Assembly: GCA_951406725.2 (NCBI GenBank)
Contig: OX597815.1
Location: 106,144,001 to 106,208,000, forward strand
Source of the DNA: Octopus vulgaris
Taxonomy: Eukaryota
DNA: 64,000 nt
Direction: 5' to 3'
Both the position numbers and the translations under genes were made by a program. Within the stretch, counting starts at the first letter, position 1. Every line of letters starts with the position of its first letter. Of the stretch, positions 27,018 through 41,400 are shown one piece after another. The notes below the pieces were generated by a model, which was given only the letters and a program-made list of their open reading frames with translations, did no database searches and was not told the origin of the DNA.

Positions 27018-28409
27018 TGCAACTCTGCTGCCTTGGGGTGGAGGTCAGTAGATGATCAGAGAGTCTGTGAAGAAGGGACAATATATGAAAAAGATCATCA
27101 TGCACAGACACCAATGCAAATCTTGACAGAACTTGTAACAAATCTAGTATATGTGAAGAATTCCTCAACAGTGGGTTCTCTAACCCTAACTAGTAAAATG
27201 TTCAGTTTACTACAGGTCACAAATTCAACACCATAACATACTACATTCAATGTTCTATCACTTACTTGTCAATGTATTAGCTATAATCATCAAATATATG
27301 GTGTGATTATTATTTATTATGTCTTAATTCAAAACCAATTTTAGCTGTTTAAACTTTATTTCTTATATTTATTTTGTGAATGATAAAAGATAAAGTCAAC
27401 ATCATCATCATCATCATTGTTAAACGTCTACTTTCCATGCTAGCATGGATTAGACAGTTTGACTGAATACTGGCGAACCAGATGGCTGCACCAGGCTCCA
27501 ATCTGATCTGGCAGAGTTTAAGATTTGAACTCAGGACATAAACTAAATTTTAGAAGTAGTTTCATTCACCTCCTATTTAACAGTCATTATAATATTGATT
27601 TCAAATTTTGGTACAAGGCCAACCATGTCAGGTGAGAGAGTAAGTTGATTACATCAACCACAGTGTTGAACTCGTATTCATTTTATCGACCCCAGAAGGA
27701 TGAAAGGCAAAATTGATCATGGTGGAATTTGAACTCAGAATATAAAGACAGACAAAATGCTGCTCAGCATTTTGACCAGCATGCTAACATTTCAGTCCAC
27801 TTACTGCCTTAATAGTTCTTATAACATTTATTGCTGGTCCAAGGGTAACCAACACTATACTACTGTTCTGATATGTAGGACAAAACAGATGTTATGCTCT
27901 CAAATATTCTACATTACATTCCAAAAAAAATGAAATAGCTCTTTATTGGCTAGCAAATTTTCATTCACTAGGCCATTACAGTTGTTAGTCACCAATATAC
28001 TTTTGCAATGTTTCTTTTATAACAGCTATTATTCTTCTGAACTGTTGTGTTCCACAATCCACTTCCACTCAAAACCATTCAATACACCCACTTCACCCCC
28101 TCTTGTTATCCTTTGATTCTCAACAAAATCACTCTGCTAGACACTCCCTTCCTAGAATTGCAACCTTCTAGACTCCATCCTTTACTCTTTTACTCTTTTA
28201 CTTGTTTCAGTCAGTTGACTGTGGCCATGCTGGAGCACCACCTTTAGTCGAGCAACTTGACCCCGGGACTTATTCCTTGTAAGCCCAGTACTTATTCTAT
28301 CGGTCTCTTTTTCCGAACTGCTAAGTGACGGGGACATAAACACACCAGCATCGGTTGTCAAGCAATGCTAGGGGGACAAACACAGACACACAAACATACA
28401 CGTACACAC

Positions 28410-28442
<33 letters not shown>

Positions 28443-29086
28443 CATATATACAACGGGCTTCTTTCAGTTTCCGTCTACCAAATCCACTCACAAGGCTTTG
28501 GTCAGCCCGAGGCTATAGTAGAAGATACTTGCCCAAGGTGCCACGCAGTGGGACTGAACCCGGAACCATGTGGTTGGTAAGCAAGCTACTTACCACACAG
28601 CCACTCCTGCGCCTTATTCATATTTTCTTCACAGACCTCAAAGTCTAACAGCTCAATTTTCACAACTGTCACATCAAGCTACCTTATCTAGAACAACTTG
28701 TAAAGGTCATGGAAACCACACTCTCAATTTAAATAAAAAATGAAATAATATTAGAAATGATGATTCCTTTTCAGAGTCTTTAATGATTTTTTCAGTTCTA
28801 AAAGCTTTGCTGATTCAAGCAGACAACTCTGCTAACTTCAAAAACTCAGGCCTATAACTTTACTGACTAACTTTCATTTGAAATCTCTTACAGTTCACTT
28901 GAATAAAGATTGCATTTCTTATATCCTGGTCTTGATTTATTATTTATTCTTCCAAATACAAGAGAAATAAATTATATTTCTTTTATTGTTAGATTCTAAT
29001 GCAATGTTATCAGAACAGTATGGACCCAGTCATTCAGTACTTCAAGACAGAAATGAAGTGAGATATTTGTAATATTTTTTTAATAC

Positions 29087-29122
<36 letters not shown>

Positions 29123-32100
29123 TGTGTGGGGGGTCACAGATATGGCTCTATGGTTAAGAAGTTAATTTCACAACCAGATGGTTTCAGATTCAGTCTCACT
29201 GCATGGCACCTTGGGCAAATGCTTTCCTCTGTAACTTGATTCAACCAAAACCTTGTAACTGGACTTGATAGACAGAAACTGAAAGAAGCTTGTTACATAT
29301 GTAATCTGTGTATATATGTTTGTGTCTCCTCAACTTGACATCACATGATACTTGTAAAATGATCTTCACCATTAAATAAGTAGTGTTCATCATTGTCAAT
29401 CTTCCGCGAAAATCTGTCCATGTTGACAATGATGATGATATTATACATATAATAATAGATCATACAACCAAGTGTAGATTCTTTTACAGGCAATATATAT
29501 GAATTTCTGTATGACTGTGTTTACAAACAGAAAAAATACATAATACACACACTGTGTGTGTGTGTGCATATATATATGCATCTCGCTGGATGTACACTGT
29601 CAGTGTACATGTACAACAGAGTGTAAACGTCTTGAGAGAAAAGTTGGGCATAAGTGGCATCGATGTGGTGTGCAAGAGAGAAGACTGCATTGATATGGTC
29701 GTGTGATGCATATGGATGTGGACAGCTGTGTGAAGAAGTACTGATGGCTAACAGTGGAAGCAAGCTGTGGAAGAGGGAGACCCAGGAAGACATAGGATGT
29801 GGTGGTGAAGCATGGCTTTCAAATACTGAGCCTCAGAGAGGCAATGACTAGTCACCAAGTCCTTTGCCATTATTCCATGCTTGAGAAAACCTCTCAACCC
29901 AAGTGAAATCGTAGTTGTGGCCGTTATTGATGTCGCATAACTGATACCTGTGCCAGTGGAATGTAAAAATCACCTTTTGATTGTTGGGCCTCACGGAGGC
30001 AATGTGGCCAGTGCCAGTGTTGCATAACTAACACCTGTATTGGTGTGACATAAAAAGTACCTTTCACGGAGGCAATGTGGCCAGTGCCAGTGTTGCATAA
30101 CTAACACCTGTATTAGTGTGACATAAAAAGTACCTTTCACGGAGGCAACAAGAAATAGCTGAGACCTTTGGCAATATGTTCCATCAAGCCAAGTGAAACC
30201 ATAGTCATGGCAGATACTGGTGTCATGCAACTGGTACCCATGCCAGTGGTACATAAAAGCACCCATTACACTCTCAGGGTGGTTGGCGTTAGGAAGGACA
30301 TCCAGCCATAGAAACCATGCCAAATCAGACTGGAGTCTGGTGAAGCCCCTCAGCTTACCAGCCCTGGTCAAACCGTCCAACCCATGCCAGAAGGAAAACA
30401 GATGTTAAATGATGATGATGATGATGATGATGATGAGAAGAGAAAAAGTTAAGTTAAACTAAATAACTTTTAGAAAAATTTCTTTACCTAAGCAAATTTT
30501 CAGTTACTAAAACCAATTTTAACTATATCTGAAATTAATGAAACATTTTCAACCACTTCTTGTTTTGACAGGCACTCAATCCATTTTAATGAAGTTGGTA
30601 TGATCACTACTTCACTTCAGATACTAACAGTTCTCCTATCTAACTGCCATACAGTTTCTAGCGATACTCATATCAAGAAGCTCTTTGTATTTAGCCTTCT
30701 CTGGTCTTTTGGTGGTCATCTCTCGAGCAATGACAGACTTCACTTCAATGAGTTCCTTCAGAAAATAAGGACCAATCTGTAAGTATGAACCTCCTCCAAA
30801 AACAGAAACACGGTTGTTATGTTATTTGAAATGGTTTTTTCTGTTGCGTTTTAATCATTTTACTGAGACAGTGCTGGTGCATCATCATCATTCTAACATC
30901 CACTCTTCCATGTTTGCATGGATCAAATGGAATTCAGCAGATTTTCTTTGGTCAAGTACTCTTCCTATCATCACTCCTCACCTGTTTCCCAAGCAATTTC
31001 CCCATGGCCAGACAGGTTTTCACAGCAGACTATAAACAAGTAATCTTACTTATATGACATTGACATTCATTTATAGCTATTGCATGACTTCAAGACAAGG
31101 AATCACAGATACTCACAGAGAGAGAGAGAGAGAAAAAGAGAGAGACACGCACACACATATACACGCAATGGATTTCTTTCAGTTTCCATCTACCAAATTC
31201 ATTCGAGGTTTTGATTGACCTGGAGCTATTGTAGAAGATACTTGCTTAAGGTGACACACAGTGGAAGTAAACCTAAAATTATGTAATGGGGAAGTTAAAT
31301 TCTTAACCATGCAACCATATTTGCACCTATACTCCCTTCAAAAGTATAGTTGATTTAATTGATCCCTCTACTTGTAGACTTCTTATTTTATACTATTTAC
31401 ATGCTCTTGTTACTCAGTAGCAGCAAAACAAAACTGATTAAGTTGTTCATGTCCAAAAGGAAATCAGGATGGTGGATGGTAGATTTAGTAGTTGAACGAA
31501 ATGTCATTCTGTATTTAGTTATAAGCCTCTTCAAGGTCAAGTTTGCCTTTCATCCTTCCAGAATAAATAAAATAAGAATGAGTCAAGAATTAGTTGATCA
31601 ATCTAATCAACTAATATGTTCCCTTAAAAAGTATATGACCTTGTGCCTAGGTTAAGATTCAAATAAAGAGGAAAACCAACAATAAAATGAGAATTTTATC
31701 AGTCTCATAAAATTCATTTGTGATTTTTTTTTTGTAAGAATATTAATTAAAAAAAACTATGGAATTGATAAATTTGTTAGTTTGGGTAGTAGGCCTAACA
31801 CATCATCCAATTTAATGCAACCACTTGTTCTTTAAATACCTTTTAGGGAGTTCATTTTCTTACAAGCATTCAGACCAAACCCCACTGTCAATCCAATCCA
31901 AATTTTGCCAGTAGACATTAACTGTTCATACTGCATAAGAACACCTTTCTCACCAGTTTAGGACGACCATCAGATCTTATGCGTACTGATCTTCCTCCCT
32001 TGAATAATTTATATAATATAATTGGCTCACTTCTAGAAAGTGGTTCAAATAATAAATTGATTTTATTATGAGTTGATAAAATAAAACTGAACATGTTTTA

Positions 32101-32403
32101 TTGAGTGATTGACTCACATGTATCACATGCTTATAGTTATGCACATATAAGCATAAGCATCTTCATACTCTTTACTCTTTTACTTGTTTCAGTCATTTGA
32201 CTGCAGCCATGCTGGAGCACCGCCTTTAGTCGGGCAAATCGACCCCAGGACTTATTCTTTGTAAGCCTAGTACTTATGCTATCGGTCTCTTTTGCCGAAC
32301 CGCTAAGTTACAGGGACGTAAACACACCAGCATCGGTTGTCAAGCGATGTTGGGAGGACAAACACAGACACGCAAACATATACACACACATACATGTATA
32401 TAC

Positions 32404-32466
<63 letters not shown>

Positions 32467-35400
32467 TACGACGGGCTTCTTTCAGTTTCTGTCTACCAAA
32501 TCCACTCACAAGGCTTTGGTTGGCCCGAGGCTATAGTTGAAAACACTTGCCCAAGGTGCCATGCAGTGGGACTGAACCCGGAACCATGTGGTTGATAAGC
32601 AAGCTACTTACCACACATATATCCATACTTAATCATGCATATGTACAAATATATTTATACATATACAATATACATGCATGCATGCAAATGCTCAATACAC
32701 ACATACACATACATTATGGAAGGATTACATTCCTAAAGCTTTGCCATAATGAAAGAATTCCATCATGGAAAACTTATTTTCATATTAACTTCCAAATTAT
32801 AAATTGAGATGCATTTCAAATTTCTGAAAAATTTTTCAGAAAAAAAAAATAAATAAATACAATTACATCTTCAATCATAAGCAGAGTTTTCATAATGTAA
32901 GATGCGTGTGTATTTATGTGCACACACAAACATAGACACACACACACACATATACATGTGTGGATTATTGTATTAAAGACACAACTATCATTTTTTTTTT
33001 ATTATGAATTTTTCAGATCTTCTTCATCCTTTGTGATTCATCATCATCAGAGGAAAATTATAAAGCTGGCAAGTTCCACCATGGATATCTGAGTTTATCA
33101 GCCTGTTCATCTCTCTCTCTCTCTCTCCATATGTGTGTGATTCTGCATTCACATATGTGCACCTACATACATGTATACATAGAAAATTAATGAATGAGAT
33201 ACACACATACAGATAGATAGTTAGGTAGGTAGGTAGGTAGGCAGGCAGGCAGATTGATTGATATATGCTGATGAAATAGTTTTGATTTTAAATATCATTT
33301 TCTTCTTTTTTAATAAAATTAATAAGGAATTTTCTTTATTTCAGAATACCCGAAGATGAAAATGATGTTTATTTATTTGACTATTTTGTTGATGAATCAG
33401 GAGAATGGGAAAATTGGAACATCAAGTCGGTTTAGCAAGAAGTTTTCATTTCTTTCACTTTGTATCACTTAAAACCACTTCCTGTTTCTTGGGTGCCTTT
33501 AGCAGAGTTTATTCTGGTGCAAGCATTCAGACTAGTCCTACAGTTCTCTTTCCATTTATATTGTTTTTCTGTGGGAGTGGGAGTGGGAGTGGGAGTGGGT
33601 GGTGGTCAGCTGCTCAGGCTTAGCATAATTCTCACTCATCAGGAAGTACCTGTAAAGGCCAAGGGCAGTGCTCTCCTTCTCAGACTAAATTGTAAGAATA
33701 TCATCATCATCATCATCAACATTTAATGACCACACTTTCTATGCTGGCCTGATTTGGAAGGCTTGACAAGAACTGGCAAGGCCAAGGGCCACACCAGATT
33801 CCGTAGTCTGTTTTGGCTTGGTTTCTATGGCTGGATACTCTTCCTAACACCAATCACTCCACAGAGCACTGGGTGCTTTTTACTTGGCATCAACACCAGT
33901 GCTTTTTACATGGCATCAGCACCAGTATTTTTTATGTGGATTGGCAGAAACAATAGAGAGAGCATGAGGTATTTGGTAATGTTCTGAGTTCAGAGCTGAC
34001 CCAGGTCAATTTTGCTTTTCATTCTTCCAAGATTGACAAAAATAAAATAAGCACCAATCAACATAACTGGCTAAAACCCTTCAGGTGGGTGCCCTGGCAT
34101 CACTATTGTCCAATAACAGTAAAAGAATAAAATAATATACTCTTCACTTCATCTTAGATTATTCTCTGAGAAAAAAAGACTTAAACTTACTTCATTTTAA
34201 TTGTATTTCTGTGTTTCACATGATGTGATGAGATGAATTTATTACTTCTTTAGATAAATGCTTAGAGACAATAATTAGAAATTCACCAAAAGATATTAAT
34301 TCCTCCTTTTTGTATTAGTAAAGTTGATATGTGTCTTTTGTATTTTATTCTAATGATTTTCTGATGTTCATACTCTTCTTAAAGACATTAAGTGATGTCT
34401 TTAATTAAAATAGCCTCAAATGAGAAAAAAGAAATGAGAATACAGAGCCAGTTCACTTAGATTGATTTCTGATCTGTATTATTCACTAATGAATGCAGAG
34501 ATATTCAAATACTTATTTGAATTAAATAGTTTTTATCCTTCATGGAGAAATGTTATTAGAAAGTTGTATTTTTTTATATCTTTAGTAGATATATTAATTA
34601 GTTTTTGAACTTTTGAAAATGCATTTGACAGATTTAAAACAATTCATTTTTCTAGATCACTTGAAGAGTCTCCGGTTATACAAGATAACTTCAGCAGAGA
34701 ATTTGTATACACACAAAGAACAGTAAGTATACACACATATATTTTGCAAAAGCAGTAACTATCTTCATACACTAAGAGCAGTATGGGATATGCATATATA
34801 TTATGCAAAGAAGAGTAACTATCTACATACATTAAAAATAGTATATTTTTACTTTTAATTTTCTATTTAATATTTTATGATCAGAACCCTACAATCAGAT
34901 TTCTGTTTAGTATTTTAGTGTATTATTTAATATTCTACTTTCTATTCTTATTTAATATTTACTTTCAGATTCCTATAAAATACTTCATAAATAACTTCAT
35001 ACTTCATGGTTTTCCTTCCTTGTTAACTGGTCCCAAAGGTTCTGGTAAAACATCATTAATTAATGCTTTGATGTCGAGTTTAGGTAAGTTTCTGATTTGC
35101 AGTTGCTTTTGTTATTGCGTCATTGCTGATACAGTTACTATGACAACAGATTACTGACTACAAATCAGAGTTACCTATCCATCTCCTATAAACTGGTCTG
35201 TTCAGTCGTCTACGTATTCTATGTAGGCACCATATTATTAAAAAAAACTATGGTACAAGCAGCAGGAGCTCCATAAAATTCACAAATGTTTCTGTAACAT
35301 GCAGTGCTAATTTTAAATCCCTCTGTAGGTTTTTGTGGTACTCAGTTGGTTGAATTGACCCCAGTTCATGGATAGTGAGGTCCAAACTACCATATGGTTA

Positions 35401-38400
35401 AGGGACTCACGACATGTTGTTAGCATACTGTTTCAAAGTATTCCAGCCGAAAAGTTAAAGTGTTGATGTACCAACTATTTACCTAAAGATCACAAGTTCA
35501 AATTCCACCATGACATGATGATTGAACCCATAAGTAAGGTACGGGGTGCTTTAGCAGGCACTTTGAGGAAGGTATGATTTCTCATGAATGCCATACAAAG
35601 AAGTAAGCTCATAGTAAGCCACTCTGATTTCAATATATGTCTCTTTTGCTTTATAAAAAGGCCATAAATATTATCACATCTCCTCAACTAAATATTTCAG
35701 CCTTCAACCTATTTAGTTTGAACTCACAGATTTTCTTTTCATGCAAGATTCCAAATTTTTAATCCAACAGACAGTGATCAAGCCATTTAAATAGTAGCAT
35801 TTTATAGATCAGAAAAGGCAAAGTTTAAGTTTAACAGAAGAGGTTTGTGGTTATCAGGGGAAATTTGATGTTAACAATTTAAATTGAGATTAAATTTTAA
35901 ATTTGACATTAACAGATTAGGTTTGAAGTTAACAGATTAAATTTGAGGTTAAATGATTTGAAATGTTATTCCATCAAAATCAATAATAATCTCATTATAA
36001 AAATTTAAGTGTATAAATGGATTTTCAATATTTAGATTCAGAGGAATATGTTTTGAAAAGATTTGTGTCTAGTGGCTCATCCACAACAGTACAGCTGTTT
36101 GATTTCTTCAATTCCAGTATCATCCACAGACAAGGTAAGGTTTGATAAATTGGTTTCTTCGTTCTTTTTCCAAACATGACACTAATTAAGGCCAGTATAG
36201 TTACTACAGTTTCTATAGAATTAAGTGGAATGAGAGATAAATATTCCTTTTAGAGAGGACTCTAGTCTTCGCAATAACTTTCACAGACATCTTAATAAGT
36301 ATTGCCCAGCTGGATAAACAAAGGAATATAGAATTATGCTTAATCTTGTCCCCATCATAGAGTAGGTGAGCCAACTGAAGTATGTGAATTCTTGATCATG
36401 TACTTTATCCACCACTCTGTTATAAGATAATACCCATTTATTGGTCAAAAGTCTCTAACATCACACTAAATCCTTATGCAAAATACTTCTTGCTTTTGTC
36501 TAATTACACTTTCATTTCACTAAGTATTTTTGTACATGAAGTACTAATATCATTATTGCAGCAAAAATGGTAGACTATTGGACAAAATTCTTTGGAGTAT
36601 ATTTTTTTATGTACATTTAGATTCTGAAGTCAAATCTTGCTAACATTAAGTTTCCTTTTCACTCTTTTAAAATAAAGTGGATACCAGTCAAATGCTGAGA
36701 TCATACTAATTCCAGCATAGCTTTTTAAAGATATATGGCCTTATACCAATGTTTGAAATTATTATTAACAGCCATTGTTCTACTGCTAAAAACTGCCCCA
36801 CATACCTGGCAATAATGCCTACACCTTTTAATTACATAGTTTAACTGCAATTAGGTATGAATTGATATAAGCACTATTTTCTCTTTTGGTTACCAGAACA
36901 GGAAATAGAAAGTACAAACTACTCTACCAACTGATCAGAAACAGTGGTTTCAAAATATAAATAGCATCATCATTGTCTTCTTCATTGTCACCACTTCCAC
37001 CACCACCACTACACTGTGTGTACCCACTGTTTACACTGGACATTCAGTAACAAGTTTCTATGTAACTCACTGCCTACATATCAAGCAAAAGCACTTTGCA
37101 TATGACACAGATTCTGTACTCTGTCTTACTAACAAGTACTTTGGTGTTTAACATGTTGACCATTAGACCTTTGGATTCTAACTATATATTACAGAAAACC
37201 AAAATTTCTTAAAGACTGAGAGAACAGTTACAGTAATTTATTAATGATAGAAAAGTAACGATTTTTTCCTTTGACACAAATCTAATTTTTGAAGCAGGTT
37301 GGTATATTTATTTCAGTTTAGCTCAATATACTATGTTACATTACAACCAGATGACTGAAGTGAAATCAAAAATCAAAATCAAATTCGATGACTGGCATCC
37401 ATGCTAGCGGGGTGCAAAGAGCACCATATGAGTGTGATCGTTGACAGAGCGGCTAACCGGCTTCCATGCCAGTGGCACTTAAAAGGCACCATTCGAGCGT
37501 GATCGTTACCAGCATTGCACTACTGGCACTCAAGCCCCGTGCTTGTAAGGTATTAAGAGCACCATCCAAGCATGATTGTTGCCAGAGCGGCTATCTGGCC
37601 TCTGTGCCGGTGGCACATAAAAAACACCATTCGAGCGTGTTCGTTACCAGCATCGCCTTACTGGTACCCGCACCGGTGGCATGTGTAAAGATTCGAGTGA
37701 GGTCGTTGCCAGTGCCGCTTGACTGGCCCTGTGCCGGTGGCACGTAAAAGCACCCACTACACTCTCGGAGTGGTTGGCGTTAGGAAGGGCATCCAGCTGT
37801 AGAAACTCTGCCAGATCAAAATTGAAGCCTGGTGCAGCCATCTGGTTTGCCAGCCCTCAGTCATACATCCAATCCATGCTAGCATGAAAAGCGACATTAA
37901 ACGATGATGATGATGATAGCAGCTTATAAGAGAAAAAGACAAAACTTAGTTTTTCTTTTATTATTAGCATCACAGTTTTGGAATTTGTTTAATCCACACT
38001 TTTTATATCAATATCTGTTATTTTCTGTCCAATGCTTTCCTTTAACCATAATTAGCACTCTGTTGCTGGAGTCACATCACTGGCTTTATTGGCAGAGAAC
38101 TAATGATTACTGGTGTTCTCAGAAAGTTATTGATGAAATGATATTATGTAATGTCCCACTGGAGTAATATTGAAGACTTTGTCATCAGTGTATTTAGAGA
38201 AGATGCAGTAGTGTGCTCCTCTTAGTAGCAGGACAGCATAGCTATTGCAATATAGTAACTAAGTCTTTACATTCATTTATGTGACATTCCTGACAATTAT
38301 GCTTGTTAATTCTGAGTTTTCCTTTCTTTTTGTTTGAGTGTCAGCTAATAGGAAAAGATACAGAAGTATTTCTTTCCATTGGGGTAGGTAATATCAATAC

Positions 38401-41400
38401 ATTACAAATCTACGGTAAGACTAGAAATTGTTCTTTTCATAGGTTTCATCCATGGAGCTAAAGACAAGAAGAAGCTTGCAGTATTCATTGAAGATATCAA
38501 TATTCCCAAAAAGGACCAATTTGGTATCCAAAGATGTAACGAGGTAATCAGTTAATTTAATTAATAATGTATGTGTCAATGTTAAGATAATCTCTAGAAT
38601 AACCAGGGTCTGAAGTCCTGCTCTGGATCCTAGTACACATAATATCATTTCAACTAGAAAAAACTAATATATTTAAGAAATGCATGAATGTCACGTAACC
38701 TTTTTACATATATTCTATAATTGCAAGGTTTTTTTCTTAAAGGAGAAATGATTTTTATATATCATCGTCAACATCATCATCATTGCTTAACATCCATTTT
38801 CCATTCTTGCATGGGTTGGATGGTTTGAAATCAAGTGAGGTGAGGGTAAAATATACTTTATGAATATAGTAATACTAAATATCCTATATTATGGTTATTT
38901 TAAAATACATACATGTTCAGTGTTGTACCAACAAGGAGAACCTTTGTGAAAATGACTCAATCAGGAATTGATTCATTGAAAATAGATAAAAAATATCATT
39001 GAAAATATATATAAAAAATTAATGTCAACAGATCAATATTGATCTGTTGACATTAATTTTTTTATATTGATTTTCAGTGATATAGTACACCATCAGAATT
39101 CAGCAATTTTGAATTGTGATTTCTAATTTCAGTTTCTACGTCAACTACTAGATGGAAAAATAATTTATGACCCAAGTTCACCTTTTGAGATGAAATTTAT
39201 TGAAGATCTTTGTTTGATTGCTGAAATGACACATCCTGAGCCTCGTCTAGAACAGTTAAATCAAAGACTTTTGGTAAAAAAAAAATCCCTTAAGAAATTA
39301 TACACATTTTAGTATTTTGAAAGTTGAGCAAAAATTGATGTCTTAGACTATTGCACGTACATATGTCTGCCACACCAACCTCTTCCCATCATCATCATCA
39401 TTTTTACATCTACTTTCCATCCTGCTATGATCTGGAGGTTTTGGCAGAATCCAGCAGGGAGGAGGACCATGTCTTACTCCAGTGTCTCAATTTTAGCATA
39501 GTTTCAATGGTTGGATGCCTTCCTAACACCTACAGCTTTACAAAATGTATCATCATCATCATCATCATCATCGTTTAATGTCTGTTTTCCAAGCTGGCAT
39601 GTGTTGGATGGTTTGACAGGAGCTGGTAAGCCAGAGTGCTGCACTGACTCCAATTGTCTGTTTTGGCATGGCTTCTACAACTAAATGCCCTTCCTAATGC
39701 CAACCACTTTACATAGTGTACCAGGTGCTTTTTACATGGCACTAGCACAGGTTCTTTTTTACATAGCACCAGCACCAATGGGGTTGCCAAGTAACTTGCA
39801 AGACAAAAACCTTTTAGTTGAAAGAGGGAGTGGAATTGAAGGAAGTGGCAGTATGCAAAGAGAAGATTGAGTATAATAGAGGGACAGAGATAGTTGTCTT
39901 ACTATAGTGGAGGTACTTGGCTACCCCATAGAACAAGGAAAGAGAAGGAAGCTGGACGAGGGTTAGGGAGAAAGATAGAGAGATACTCAGAGTGAGAGAG
40001 AAAGAGAAATAGGTGTTGGAAATGAATGACAGTCTACCCAGATGGAACAGTGGTGGTGGGGATTATAAATTGTACAGAGGAGATAGATGAGGGTGTTCTA
40101 TGAGAGTATGATAGGATATATTTAGAGATGGAGAAGGCATGACTGTAGCAAGTGATGGTGAGATAAATTGGAGAGGTGGCAGAGGGTAGGGAAGATCTAT
40201 AAGGGCATGGAGAGTGTGCAAATAGGCATGTAAGGGAGAGATGAGGGGTTTGCAGTAGGTTGTCGGGAAGATGAGAGAGTTTTGACAGGTTAAATAATGT
40301 GTTAGGAGAGGAGGCACGGCCATAAAGGATATACACATATATGTGGATGGCCACAATTTCACTTAGCCCAACATATTTTCTTAAGCACAGTAAATTGCCA
40401 CAAGTCTCAGTCATTTGTCATCTCCTCTGTGAGGCTCAGAATCCAAAGATCATTGCTCACCACTTTGTCCCACATCTTGCTGGGTTTACCCCTTCCACAG
40501 GTTTTCTCCACAATTAAAGATTGGCACTTCTTTATACAACTGTCTGCATCCATATGCATCACATGACCATACCAGCACTGTCTTCTCCCTTGCACACTAC
40601 ATTTGATGCTTCTTATATGCAATTTTTCTCTCAAAACACACTTTGTCATACATGCACACTGATATTGTACATCCAATAGAGCATGCTAGCTTCATTTCTT
40701 CCAGTCACAGTCCATGTTTCACTGCCATGTAGTATGGCTATTTATATACAGGCATCATACAATCTGCCTTTCACTCTGTCAGAGAATCTCTGTGTTACCA
40801 ACAAAAGTAGCAGCTCTCTGAACTTTGCCCAGCCCATTCTTATTCTAGCAGCTATACTCTCAGAGCATCCTCTTCCACTGCTGACTTGGTTACCTTGGTA
40901 ACAAAAGCTATCTAATACTTCTAAGGATCCCAACCAGACATTTAAGGTCATCAGCATAGAAGAGCTCCCAAGGCAGTCAGTCTTAAATTACTCTGTTATG
41001 GTCTGGAGGATTATGATAAACAAGAGTAGGCTGAGAACCAATCTTTGGTGAACTCCTACTTATACTCTGAAATTATTGCTATACTCATTGATATCTTTCA
41101 CTTTACTGATAGCATCCCTGTACATGACTTGTACAGCTCTCATCAGCCACTCATCTATTTCTAGGGTACGTTTTTCATAGCATAAGCACTAGCGTGGTTG
41201 CCTTAACCATCAATATGCATGCAAAGATAGGACTTCTTACTTACCAGAATACCATCATTGAAAAGAGGAAATAATACTCATAGATGAGGAATAACTAATA
41301 TCATCATCATCATCATACAAATCTTCTGTCAGCTATCAATTCTAAAAAAAACTATTTCACATCAAACATCATTCACAATGTGTCAGTTGTCAACTCTACG

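Noticed and set aside
27033-27236. 67-aa + strand ORF as a possible dynein exon
   Set aside because: No dynein similarity, no convincing splice sites and not required for the frame.
28540-28613. tRNA gene
   Set aside because: The A/B-box head continues into a repeated SINE body, and no complete cloverleaf or Pol III terminator is evident.
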